NCBI RefSeq assembly: GCF_000341895.1
Contig: NC_020409.1
Coordinates: forward strand, 2,010,001-2,042,000
DNA from: Pseudodesulfovibrio piezophilus C1TLV30
GTDB lineage: Bacteria; Desulfobacterota; Desulfovibrionia; Desulfovibrionales; Desulfovibrionaceae
DNA: 32,000 nucleotides
Direction of reading: 5' to 3'
A program made the position numbers and the translations under genes. The notes beneath the pieces were generated by a model, which was not told the origin of the DNA, searched no databases, and was given only the letters and a program-made list of their open reading frames with translations. Each line of letters begins with the position of its first letter. Position 1 is the stretch's first letter. This document shows positions 16,825-25,966 of this stretch, one piece after another.

Positions 16825-17676
16825 TTATTTGACAGTGGAAGGAGAAGCTCCGCGCTGATATTGACGGGGAGTCGCTCCGGTGAATTGACGAAAAACACGA
16901 GAAAAATGACTCTGATCCACAAAGCCGGCTTCCTGTGCAACCTGGCTGATGGAAGTTCCGGTTGCCAGAAGACGTTTGCCCAAGTCCACCCGGAGTTGGT
17001 TCTGATACGTGTGAGGCGGCAGGCCGACCTTGGCATGAAAGAGACGAAGCAGATGATACCTGCTCACGTGGGCAATATCAGAAAGCGTATCCAGATTGAC
17101 CTTACTCTCTAGATGGGAGGTCAAATACTGTTTGATCGCCTCAACCGCGCCTTCTCCTCCAGGAGAATCTTGCTCTCGGCCTGAAAGCTCACCATACCGG
17201 ACCAGAATGTCGGCAATCCCCTGAACCAGCAGGGACTCCTTCTCCAGTCGATGCCGATTTCCCCTGATTGCCTCATGAAGTTCCCGCCAATGGGCATACA
17301 ACTCGGAGTCATCCACCACCGGACGAGGCAACCGAGGAGATGCCGCACCAGAGCCAAAAACCTCCTGTCCTACCGACCTGAACCATGTTTCATCCACATA
17401 AAACATGCGATACGTCATGCAGGAATCCCGCTCCGGGTTGCAGGCATGGACCACATTCGGCTCGATCAGGACAACCTGCCCAGCCTCGGCGTCGTGCATC
17501 TCTCCATCCAGAAAAAAGGACGTACGCCCGGTCTTGACCAACCCCACTGAATACGCGGCATGGACATGTTTGCGAAACGCTTCCTCATTGTAACTGGAAA
17601 ATCGCGCCTCCACACCGGGCAGGTCCGGGTCACGCCAGAAACATATATCAGCATTGATTGATCGCTTTCCCATCAC
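16825..17676 (-). CDS. AraC family transcriptional regulator (cupin-like sensor plus HTH), paralogous in architecture to 945-1778
   Basis: C-terminal AraC HTHs (LDTLSDIAHVSRYHLLRLFHAKVGLPPHTY...VAQEAGFVDQSHFSRVFRQFTGATPRQY). N-terminal cupin HVHAAYSVGL...PNVVHACNP. The start is GTG at 17676 or ATG at 17673. Confidence 0.85.
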   Translation of the reverse strand: MMGKRSINADICFWRDPDLPGVEARFSSYNEEAFRKHVHAAYSVGLVKTGRTSFFLDGEMHDAEAGQVVLIEPNVVHACNPERDSCMTYRMFYVDETWFRSVGQEVFGSGAASPRLPRPVVDDSELYAHWRELHEAIRGNRHRLEKESLLVQGIADILVRYGELSGREQDSPGGEGAVEAIKQYLTSHLESKVNLDTLSDIAHVSRYHLLRLFHAKVGLPPHTYQNQLRVDLGKRLLATGTSISQVAQEAGFVDQSHFSRVFRQFTGATPRQYQRGASPSTVK

Positions 17677-17799
17677 AGTAACCTACAAGCCACGGTCCAT
17701 TGCCGTCAACAGTCGCGTCAGCCATGGTTCGCCATCTCCACAACTTCCTGAGGGGAAAAGTATCTCGGAGTTCTCTTTCTTTTCTGCTAAGGTACGGAC

Positions 17800-19164
17800 A
17801 TGAACGATAATACAGACCTCACGAAACGCCCTGTGCCGGAAGTTATCCGACAGGTCGCAGTCCCCGCTTCCGTGGGATTTTTTTTCAATACCATGTTCAA
17901 CGTAGTTGATACGCTGTGGACAGCCAGCATCAGCACCGAAGCCGTGGCCGCCCTTTCCCTCTCCCTGCCCGTCTACTTCATCATCTCATCCCTGGGCAAC
18001 GGCATTGCCACCGGCTCCACAGCACTCATTGGTGCCGCACTGGGCGCAGGGAATCGCAAACAGGCGTCATTGGTCGCCGTGCAGATGCTTGGCTTCGGTC
18101 TCATCGTTTCACTCTTTCTCGCCTGGTTCGGGCTGACCTTTTCTCCCGCTATCTTCGGCTGGCTGGGGGCTGAAGGCTCCTATCTCGAAATATGCCTGAG
18201 TTACATGAATCCCATGTTCGCTTTCAATATCGTGACCATCTCACTTTTCCTGTTCAATGGTATTCTTCAGGCGCAAGGAGATACGAAACAATTCCGCAAT
18301 GTCCTCATTCTCGGAGCCTGTTTAAACGTTATCCTTGACCCCTGGTTTATCTTCGGCGGATTTGGCCTCCCCCCGATGGGAACAGCCGGAGTCGCCTGGG
18401 CCACAATCATCATTCATGGACTGGGCGCGCTCTATCTGTTGTACAAAGCCCGAGCAACCGGCCTGCTCCATACTGACAGGGGGCGGAATCTTCGACCGCG
18501 CCTGACCCTCTATGCCGAAATTGCCAGCCAGGGATTTCCTGCGGCGCTCAATAACATGACGATTGCCCTCGGATTTTTCATCATCTTTCGGTTTGTCTCC
18601 AGATTCGGCCCGGAAGCGACTGCAGCCTATGGTATTGCCACCCGCATTGACCAGATAGTCCTGTTACCGACAATCGGACTGAATATAGCGTCCCTGACCA
18701 TTACCGCGCAAAATTACGGGGCCGGGCACCTTGATCGCATCCGGGCCACCTACCGAGCAAATCTGAAATACGGCGCAATGCTTCTGCTCCCTCTTTCAGT
18801 GCCGATTCTCGTGTTTGCCAAGCCCCTTGTCTCTCTTTTTACCAGTGACCCCGCCGTCATCAATATCGGAGCCGAATACCTGCGTATCGATGCCTTCACC
18901 CTTTACGGCTATGTCATCATCTTCATCTCTACGTCGGTTCTCCAGGGTATGAAACGACCGATATTCGCCATATGGATGGGATTGGCCCGGCAGGTGATCG
19001 CCCCGTGGGCCCTCTTCAGCCTCTTCATCCATATCATGGGGTACGGAACCCAGTCCCTATGGCTCTCCATTGCAGTCATCGTCTGGCTCGCTGCGGGCAT
19101 TTCCTTCTGGTATGCGCACCGAGTGCTTGGCAGAGCTGAAGAGAGGACTGCCACCGCACCGTAA
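17800..19164 (+). CDS. MATE family efflux transporter
   Basis: 454-aa protein with about 12 TM segments. The N-terminal motif VPASVGFFFNTMFNVVDTLW and the internal duplication pattern are typical of MATE/NorM pumps. Confidence 0.9.
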   Translation: MNDNTDLTKRPVPEVIRQVAVPASVGFFFNTMFNVVDTLWTASISTEAVAALSLSLPVYFIISSLGNGIATGSTALIGAALGAGNRKQASLVAVQMLGFGLIVSLFLAWFGLTFSPAIFGWLGAEGSYLEICLSYMNPMFAFNIVTISLFLFNGILQAQGDTKQFRNVLILGACLNVILDPWFIFGGFGLPPMGTAGVAWATIIIHGLGALYLLYKARATGLLHTDRGRNLRPRLTLYAEIASQGFPAALNNMTIALGFFIIFRFVSRFGPEATAAYGIATRIDQIVLLPTIGLNIASLTITAQNYGAGHLDRIRATYRANLKYGAMLLLPLSVPILVFAKPLVSLFTSDPAVINIGAEYLRIDAFTLYGYVIIFISTSVLQGMKRPIFAIWMGLARQVIAPWALFSLFIHIMGYGTQSLWLSIAVIVWLAAGISFWYAHRVLGRAEERTATAP

Positions 19165-19180
19165 ACATTTCCTCATCCAC

Positions 19181-19222
19181 GTCACAAGCCCCCGGACCAA
19201 GAGAGGGCCGGGGGCTTGTGAC
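19181..19222. terminator. Strong hairpin between the convergent MATE and purN genes (no U-tract)
   Basis: Perfect 15-bp stem GTCACAAGCCCCCGG (19181-19195) / CCGGGGGCTTGTGAC (19208-19222) with a 12-nt loop. No T-run follows on either strand. Confidence 0.65.
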
Positions 19223-19251
19223 ATGTGAAATCAGAGCTTCCCTCTGCGACT

Positions 19252-19956
19252 TTAGAATCCCTTTTCCAGGGGAGGCCAAACCAACGCATGCGTAGGCGGG
19301 TCGATATCCGCCTTGGGCTGGCTGGCATAGGGCCGACCGGCAACACGCAATTCCACATGACGTCCCTCTATCTTCAAGCGTCCTTCGCCGAACCATTGGA
19401 TGGCCTGAGGCAGGACCCGATGCTCCAACTTGAGGATGCGCGGGCCAAGGACGTCACCATCCTCGCCAGCCTGACAGGGAACAGCACCCTGCACGATAAC
19501 CGGGCCATGATCCATCTGCTCATCCACAAAATGGACTGTGCATCCTGAAATCTTGACCCCGTAGTCTGCCGCGTCAGCCTGACCATGCACTCCGGGAAAG
19601 CTTGGTAACAAGGCCGGGTGGATATTGATGACCCGGTTTTCAAACGCGCCCAGGAAAACGGATGTCACGATACGCATGAATCCGGCCATGACGACGAGTC
19701 CATCTTCGCCCACTCCTGCGTCAGTGATGCATTCGACCAGAGCACTATCAAAATCTTCACGGCTTCGAAAATCCGTATGCAGCAAGACCTTGTATGGGAT
19801 GCCATGTTTCTTGGCCCGCTCAATGCCATATGCCCTGGCTTTATTCGAGACGATCAGCTTGATTTCGGCATCCAGAACACCCTCTTCAATACGATCTATG
19901 ATGGATTGCAGGTTGGACCCGCTTCCTGAGACGAGTACGGCTATGGGCAGGGACAT
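19252..19956 (-). CDS. purN: Phosphoribosylglycinamide formyltransferase
   Basis: N-terminal IAVLVSGSGSNLQSIID and the formyltransferase motif INIHPALLPSFPGVHG. AAGGAG SD. Compared with typical PurN it has a C-terminal extension. Confidence 0.9.
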   Translation of the reverse strand: MSLPIAVLVSGSGSNLQSIIDRIEEGVLDAEIKLIVSNKARAYGIERAKKHGIPYKVLLHTDFRSREDFDSALVECITDAGVGEDGLVVMAGFMRIVTSVFLGAFENRVINIHPALLPSFPGVHGQADAADYGVKISGCTVHFVDEQMDHGPVIVQGAVPCQAGEDGDVLGPRILKLEHRVLPQAIQWFGEGRLKIEGRHVELRVAGRPYASQPKADIDPPTHALVWPPLEKGF

Positions 19957-20215
19957 TGGAACTCCTTAAAAAAAATTCGCGCTCGGCGCATGCGTTTCAA
20001 GCGACTTCTTGGCTCAATCCGGGATGTTAATCAAGCCCTGATTTTCACTGTGCCTCCTCTTTGCCTGAAAGAGGCACACCGATACCCACAAGTTCGATCC
20101 GGATTGGAGACATATCCACGACTGGAAGTGAGTATCGCGGAGCCATCCCGCGCCTTTCATATCCAGCCTTTTCAGGAGCTGAACGGCGTTGCCGCCACAG
20201 CCAACAGACACTCCT

Positions 20216-21196
20216 TCATGCCAAGGGTTTACGGGCCGTCAGCATGGAAGTCATCTCCCCGGTTCGAGTGCTGTGGAGCGTCTCGCATCCGGCGTCCATA
20301 AGCCAGCCGGAGATTTCTCCCTTGGTGTAGGTATCCCCGCCTCGTGTATTGACGATCATGTTCAGGGCAAACATCGCTCCCTTGGCGGGAGTCAGACGAT
20401 CTTCACTCATGATGAAGTCATGAACAGCGATCACCCCGCCGGGGTTCACCGCTTCAAACGCCTTGTGCATGAGAAACTGGTTCTCCTGCTCCGAATTGAT
20501 ATGAACAATGGCTGAAAAGAGAACAAGGTCATATCCTGCCCCGAATTCGGTCTCAAGATAACTGCCTTCCCGCGTCCCGATTCTTTCCGACAATCCCGCT
20601 TCCGCCACATATTTTCTGGTCAACTGCGTCACTCCCGGCAAATCCAGTACAGTTGATTTTATCCCTTTGTTGGCCTGACACAAGGCGATCGAATACGCCC
20701 CGGACCCACCGCCCACATCCAGAAGGTGATCGACACCGGAAAGGTCAAGCGAATTGACAAGATTTTCCGCATCTCCTCTGGACCGCCGATGCATGGCCTC
20801 GATGAACGCATCCCGATGTTCATCCGAATCCCAGGCAGTGCTGATGGTTGAAGTCCCCGCTCGGACAGCCTGGTCCAGAGCGCCCCAATTGCGGTAAGTA
20901 AAAGCCGTGTGGTGCAGCATGGAAAGATAGTCATTACCATCAGGCACCAGATATTGACTGGCAGCCGGACCATTGATGAAGACTTCGCCCTGTTTGCTCA
21001 TCAGATCCAGCGTCACCATGACATTGAGCAGCCTTTCCGTGCATCGGGTATCGGTTCCGACCCGCTCGGCAATCTCAGCCGCTGTCGAGCCTTCCCCCAC
21101 AGTCGAGAATAAATTCAGCTCCACAGCGGCCAAAAGCGCTCGGCTTCCCTGCCACGCTAAAGCGATATCAAGTACTTCTTTCTGAGTTGTCAGCAT
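20216..21196 (-). CDS. Class I SAM-dependent O-methyltransferase (family 2 type with an N-terminal dimerisation/wHTH domain)
   Basis: SAM motif I LLDVGGGSGAYSIAL, plus an upstream winged-helix-like dimerisation region (LFSTVGEGSTAAEIAERVGTDTRCTERLLNVMVTLDLM). I prefer the ATG at 21196 (AAGGAG 8 nt upstream) over the track start at 21262. Confidence 0.8.
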   Translation of the reverse strand: MLTTQKEVLDIALAWQGSRALLAAVELNLFSTVGEGSTAAEIAERVGTDTRCTERLLNVMVTLDLMSKQGEVFINGPAASQYLVPDGNDYLSMLHHTAFTYRNWGALDQAVRAGTSTISTAWDSDEHRDAFIEAMHRRSRGDAENLVNSLDLSGVDHLLDVGGGSGAYSIALCQANKGIKSTVLDLPGVTQLTRKYVAEAGLSERIGTREGSYLETEFGAGYDLVLFSAIVHINSEQENQFLMHKAFEAVNPGGVIAVHDFIMSEDRLTPAKGAMFALNMIVNTRGGDTYTKGEISGWLMDAGCETLHSTRTGEMTSMLTARKPLA

Positions 21197-21282
21197 GTTC
21201 GGATACTCCTTGAGTCTGTTTTCCCATGCCATACCATCATTGCCAAACGTTTTCATGTACAATCTTGTACTGTTTATTCAAT

Positions 21283-21314
21283 AAAAAAGGCTCCAACCAA
21301 ATGGTCGAAGCCTT
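21283..21314 (-). terminator. Rho-independent terminator downstream of cobA/hemD
   Basis: On the minus strand, AAGGCTTCGACC / GGTTGGAGCCTT form a 12-bp stem with two G-U pairs and loop ATTT, followed by a T-run (the plus-strand A-run at 21283-21288). It lies 26 nt after the stop codon. Confidence 0.7.
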
Positions 21315-21339
21315 CATTCATCCGTAGTTAGAGGAAAGA

Positions 21340-22845
21340 TCATGCATCCATCAGCAATGCATCCACTAATCCGGGTATAGTATAATCTTCAGGCTCAATG
21401 CTCGGAGTAAAACCGAACCGCTCCAGGGTCTTCGTCGTAACAGGACCGATGGAAGCGATTTTGATCTCCGGGTATTGCCGGAAAACGTCCGGATTCACCA
21501 ACTCGAAGAAGTTCTCTACTGTCGATGACGACGTGAAGGTTACATAATTGATCGCGCCCTTGTCCATGGCGTCCTCAATCTCCTTGCTGCTGGCCTGAAC
21601 CAATTTGGTCTCGTAGACGGGCAGGACAGTCACGTTGCACCCGACCTTCTTCAATTCTTCAGGCAGTACTTCCCGAGCGACCCTGGCTCTCGGGATCAGG
21701 ACATCCTGTCCCTGGATACCGCGCTCAAGCAGGCCTTCCACGACATGCTCAGCCACATATTTCTCGGGGACAAAGTCCGGAATGATACCGCGAGCCTTCA
21801 ACTCTTCAGCTGTAGCTGGGCCAATAGCCGCAATCTGCATGCCACCGAAGATTCGGGAATCCAGTCCGATAGCGGCCAACTGTTCCCAGAAGAACTTGAC
21901 CCCATTAACCGAAGTAAACACCACCCACTGATACCGGGCCAACTGTAAAATTGCGGTCTCGACCTCGTTGTAATCATCGAGATGCTCCACCGAAATGGTC
22001 GGGAACTCATGGACACATGCACCATGTCCCTGCAGGATATTCACCAATCCGCTGGCCTGTTCCCGTGCACGGGTCACAATGACTCCCTTGCCCAGCAATG
22101 CTTTTTTTTCGAACCATGCCAGTTTGTCATGCAGGGAGCAGACTCCGCCCACGATAATGATGGACGGTGCTTTCCACTGCCGCTTCTCCGCCTCTTCCGC
22201 CACATTTTCCAACGTAGAGACAAAGGAAGTCTGGTTGCACCGGGTTCCCCATCGGACCAATGCCACCGGAGTTTCGGCATCCCGCCCATTCTCCATCAGA
22301 TTTTTGGCAATCATGGGCAGATTGCCCACACCCATGTAAAAAACCAGTGTGGAATTGGATTGTCCGTACACGGCCCAATTATTCCCGGACTCGCTTTTGG
22401 TCGGGTCTTCGTGGCCGGTGATGAAACAGACTGAAGTCGTGTGATCGCGGTGTGTCACTGGAATACCGGCATAGGCTGGTGCAGCAACTCCGGCAGTGAT
22501 GCCCGGCACAACCTCGAAATCGATACCGGCCTCCACCAACTCCTCACCCTCTTCGCCGCCACGACCGAACACGTACGGATCGCCACCTTTCAAACGACAG
22601 ATGATCTTGCCGCTACGGGCTTTCTCTATGATCAGTTCGTTGATCTTTTCCTGGGGCAGGGTGTGGTCTCCCCCCTTTTTGCCCACGTACAGGATTTCGC
22701 ACTCTGCCTTGCACCACTTCAGAAAATCGACATTGGCCAGATAATCGTAGATCATGATATCGCAGGTCTCAATGATCTCCTTGGCACGAAGAGTCACCAT
22801 ACCCGGATCACCCGGTCCAGCTCCGACGAGAAAAACATTTGCCAT
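21340..22845 (-). CDS. cobA-hemD: Bifunctional uroporphyrinogen-III C-methyltransferase / uroporphyrinogen-III synthase (CobA-HemD fusion)
   Basis: N-terminal SUMT motifs (VFLVGAGPGDPGMVTLRA, GGDPYVFGRGGEE) followed by a HemD-like C-terminal half of about 250 aa. ATG at 22845 is preceded by GGAGG. Confidence 0.9.
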   Translation of the reverse strand: MANVFLVGAGPGDPGMVTLRAKEIIETCDIMIYDYLANVDFLKWCKAECEILYVGKKGGDHTLPQEKINELIIEKARSGKIICRLKGGDPYVFGRGGEEGEELVEAGIDFEVVPGITAGVAAPAYAGIPVTHRDHTTSVCFITGHEDPTKSESGNNWAVYGQSNSTLVFYMGVGNLPMIAKNLMENGRDAETPVALVRWGTRCNQTSFVSTLENVAEEAEKRQWKAPSIIIVGGVCSLHDKLAWFEKKALLGKGVIVTRAREQASGLVNILQGHGACVHEFPTISVEHLDDYNEVETAILQLARYQWVVFTSVNGVKFFWEQLAAIGLDSRIFGGMQIAAIGPATAEELKARGIIPDFVPEKYVAEHVVEGLLERGIQGQDVLIPRARVAREVLPEELKKVGCNVTVLPVYETKLVQASSKEIEDAMDKGAINYVTFTSSSTVENFFELVNPDVFRQYPEIKIASIGPVTTKTLERFGFTPSIEPEDYTIPGLVDALLMDA

Positions 22846-23299
22846 TGTGTATTGCCTCCGGCGGCTCAAAAGCCCATGTAAAAAGCCTGTTGAGATTCAC
22901 CCTAATTTTCTGTCGCCACACCGCACATCAGAATGACGAACACCCTTGAAAGAACGGTGTGAAAAGATTCCCCTGCTTGTCATGGTATCCGAAGAGGCAA
23001 ACAGTGGCCAAGGCCCTGGCTTCGCACGTTCGGACTCCATCGTCTGTCACCATCAATCTCGGTTTTTCCCTTTTCAAGAAAAAGGACCCGCCTGACCTCT
23101 GACAGCCCAGAATCCCTCTGCAAAAAAAGGATTCCCGAAACTCGCTTCACTCTTCTGTCACGGCATCGTTTGTCCGAGACACAGACTCCCTCACCAAATC
23201 ATGCCATGGCACGCTTCCCCATCTTGACCATGCTCCGGCCTGGCATGAGGAAGGGGAGCCAAGGGAGAACCTCACTTGAAAGATTCTCCCTGGAAAAAA

Positions 23300-25966
23300 C
23301 TATCCCATCACACTTTCAAGGCGGGCCTTGAGTTGTGACAGTTTATTTTTCTCTTCTTCCATCTCGACGAGCTTCCCTTTTTCCTTTTCGACAACCTCAG
23401 CCGGGGCATTATTGACGAAACCGGGATTGCCAAGTTTTTTGGACACTCCACCCATGGTTTTCTCGAGCTTGGCCAGATTTTTGTCAAGTCGGGCAAGTTC
23501 GGACTCGAAATCGACCACACCTTCCAGCGGGACCGAAAGCTCATTTCCCTGTACCACGGCAGCACCGGACGCCTTGGGCGCGGTCACATCAGGGCCGAGC
23601 GTAATGGTCTCGATCCGTGCCAGAGACTGAATCAGCAGTGTGTTAGCTTCCAGCACTCTCTTGTCTTCGTCATTGACGGTACGAATAAGCAGGTCGAGCT
23701 TCTTGGCCGGTTCGATAAGCAGTTCAGTACGGATATTCCGAGTCCCGGACACCACTCCCATGAAGAGTTCCATTTCCTTCACAGCTTCGGGATCGAGGCA
23801 CTCGGCGCGCATATCCGGGAACGGCAGGGTGGCGAGATCCTCGGAACGCTCGTCTCCTGCCGGGCGCGGCAGGGAGGACCATATTTCCTGGGTGATGAAC
23901 GGAGTGACCGGGTGCAACAGGACCATGATCTCGGACAGCACTGTCCACAGGACCTTCTGCGTCCCGGCCTTGACTGCTTCATCCTCGCCATAGAGCGCGG
24001 GCTTGATCATCTCGAGATACCAGTCACAGAATTCCGACCAGATAAACTTGTAGAGAATCTGGGCTATTTCGTTGAATTTGTACTCACGGGTCGCGTCAGC
24101 AATACTCTGCTTGACCTCTTCAAGACGATGCAGAATCCACTTGTTTGCCAGCCCATCCGCTTCGGAAAGCGGAACAGCCGGAATTTCCTCCGGCAAATTC
24201 ATCATGGCGAACCGAGTGGCATTCCAGATCTTGTTCATGAAATGCTTGTAGCCTTCAATGCGCTGTTCCGAGAGCTTGATGTCACGGCCCATGGCCGCAA
24301 AGCTAGTCAGGGTAAAGCGAAGGGCATCGGCTCCGTATTTGCTGATCATATCCAGCGGGTCAATGACATTGCCCGTGGACTTGGACATTTTCTTACCCTT
24401 CTCGTCGCGAACCAGAGCATGGATGTACACATGGTGAAACGGCACCTGTTCCTGGAACTGAAGCCCCATCATCATCATACGGGCGACCCAGAAGAAAAGG
24501 ATATCGAATCCGGTGACCAGACACGAGGTCGGATAGTACTTGGCAAGTTCTTTGGTATCATCGGGCCAGCCAAGGGTGGAAAACGGCCACAAAGCCGATG
24601 AGAACCATGTATCGAGAACATCTTCATCCTGCACCAGATTGGAGGAACCACACTTGGTACAGGAAGTCGGGTCATCCATGGGCACAATCAGTTCGCCACA
24701 ATCCTCGCAAGTCCAGGCCGGGATGCGGTGCCCCCACCATATCTGACGGGAAATGCACCAGTCACGAATTTCATCCAGCCAATTATAATACGTCTTGGTC
24801 CAATGCTCCGGGAAAATCTGGGTTTGGGTCGGAACAGCAGCACGCGCTTTCTCGGCCAGCGGTTTCATGGAAACAAACCACTGGGTGGAGACATGCGGCT
24901 CAATGACCGATTTACACCGGTAGCAAACGCCCACAGAGTGATCATGTTCCACTATTTCTTCCAGCAGCCCCTCTGCCTCGAGATCGGCCAGCACGGCCTT
25001 GCGAGCGGTCTTCACATCCATGCCGCGATATTTTTCCGGGGCATTCTCATTGATCACGCCGGATTCATCCAGAATGGAAATGACCTCCAGATCGTGTTTA
25101 CGCCCCAGCTCCCAGTCGTTCATATCATGAGCAGGGGTGACCTTGAGGCATCCTGTTCCGAATTCGATATCAACGTAGGCATCCCCGATGATGGGGAGTT
25201 CCTTGCCGACAAGCGGCAGAATGGCGGTTTTGCCGATCAGGTGGTTGAAACGTTCATCTTCCGGGTTCACGGCTATGGCCGAGTCAGCCAGCATGGTTTC
25301 AGGGCGCGTGGTGGCGACTATAAGATGCCCGGAACCATCTCCGAGAGGGTAACGGACATGATGCAGATGGCCGGGCTTGGCTTCATGCTCGACTTCATCG
25401 TCTGCCAGCGCGGTATGACAGCGGTTGCACCAGTTGATGATGTAGTCGCCTTTGTAGATCAAGCCCTCTTCAAAGAGCTTGACGAAAACTTCACGCACGG
25501 CCTTGGCACGCTGTTCGTCAAAGGTGAAGCACTCACGAGTCCAGTCAACGGACGCGCCCATGCGTCGAACCTGGCTGAGAATATGGTCGCCCTTTTCCTT
25601 TTTCCATTCCCAGACGCGCTCAATGAACTTGTCGCGGCCGAGATCGTCGCGGGTAAGCCCCTCTTCCTTGAGCTGACGTTCCACAACATTCTGCGTGGCG
25701 ATGCCCGCATGATCGGTGCCGGGAACCCACAGAACGTTCTTGCCCTGCTGGCGATTGAACCGACACAGGATATCCTGAAGCGTCAGGTTCAGCGCATGTC
25801 CCATGTGCAGAACACCTGTGACGTTGGGAGGCGGAATAACAATGGAGTAGGCTTCCCCCGGCCCATCAGGATCAGGCGTGAAAGTCTTGTTCTCTTCCCA
25901 GTGGTTTTCCCACTTTTCCTCAACATCCCAAGGTTCGTATGCCTTGGCGAGTTCTTTGCGAGCCAT
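23300..25966 (-). CDS. valS: Valine--tRNA ligase
   Basis: Class I HIGH motif (GVLHMGHALN), KMSKS (GKKMSKSTGN), CP1 editing region and a C-terminal coiled coil. ATG at 25966 is preceded by GGAGG. The track start at 26104 adds a non-conserved extension. Confidence 0.95.
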   Translation of the reverse strand: MARKELAKAYEPWDVEEKWENHWEENKTFTPDPDGPGEAYSIVIPPPNVTGVLHMGHALNLTLQDILCRFNRQQGKNVLWVPGTDHAGIATQNVVERQLKEEGLTRDDLGRDKFIERVWEWKKEKGDHILSQVRRMGASVDWTRECFTFDEQRAKAVREVFVKLFEEGLIYKGDYIINWCNRCHTALADDEVEHEAKPGHLHHVRYPLGDGSGHLIVATTRPETMLADSAIAVNPEDERFNHLIGKTAILPLVGKELPIIGDAYVDIEFGTGCLKVTPAHDMNDWELGRKHDLEVISILDESGVINENAPEKYRGMDVKTARKAVLADLEAEGLLEEIVEHDHSVGVCYRCKSVIEPHVSTQWFVSMKPLAEKARAAVPTQTQIFPEHWTKTYYNWLDEIRDWCISRQIWWGHRIPAWTCEDCGELIVPMDDPTSCTKCGSSNLVQDEDVLDTWFSSALWPFSTLGWPDDTKELAKYYPTSCLVTGFDILFFWVARMMMMGLQFQEQVPFHHVYIHALVRDEKGKKMSKSTGNVIDPLDMISKYGADALRFTLTSFAAMGRDIKLSEQRIEGYKHFMNKIWNATRFAMMNLPEEIPAVPLSEADGLANKWILHRLEEVKQSIADATREYKFNEIAQILYKFIWSEFCDWYLEMIKPALYGEDEAVKAGTQKVLWTVLSEIMVLLHPVTPFITQEIWSSLPRPAGDERSEDLATLPFPDMRAECLDPEAVKEMELFMGVVSGTRNIRTELLIEPAKKLDLLIRTVNDEDKRVLEANTLLIQSLARIETITLGPDVTAPKASGAAVVQGNELSVPLEGVVDFESELARLDKNLAKLEKTMGGVSKKLGNPGFVNNAPAEVVEKEKGKLVEMEEEKNKLSQLKARLESVMG

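Noticed and set aside
15810-17036. Longer N-terminal versions of several track ORFs: proline dehydrogenase from 17036, valS from 26104, pgi from 5631, radA from 4331, the methyltransferase from 21262, cobA/hemD from 22869 and the BPL_N protein from 26200.
   Set aside because: The extensions overlap neighbouring genes or consist of non-conserved, junk-like sequence. For all of these except radA and the BPL_N protein, an internal ATG with a good SD (for example AAGGAGG before 16757 and GGAGG before 25966, 5841 and 22845) coincides with the start of the conserved family sequence. The radA and BPL_N starts have weak or no SDs and were chosen from conservation and the overlap with neighbouring genes alone.
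22870-23010. Possible cobalamin riboswitch upstream of cobA/hemD. The minus strand contains GCCACTG and TTAGGGTGAATC, which recall conserved B12-riboswitch elements.
   Set aside because: The elements are in the wrong order: GCCACTG precedes the AGGG...GAATC segment. I found no B12-box (AGYCMGGAGACCKGCC-like). Only about 45 nt remain between the AGGG element and the ATG. An Infernal scan with RF00174 would settle it.
22846-23299. Housekeeping RNA (tmRNA, RNase P RNA, 4.5S/SRP RNA, 6S RNA) or a tRNA in the long spacer.
   Set aside because: There is no GAGGAAAGTCC-type P4 sequence, no tRNA-like GGTTCGAATCC/ACCA end and no GGAAGGAAGCAGC SRP domain IV. Only a short GGTCAGG resemblance is present. 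6S RNA cannot be excluded by eye, but no long end-to-end helix is evident.
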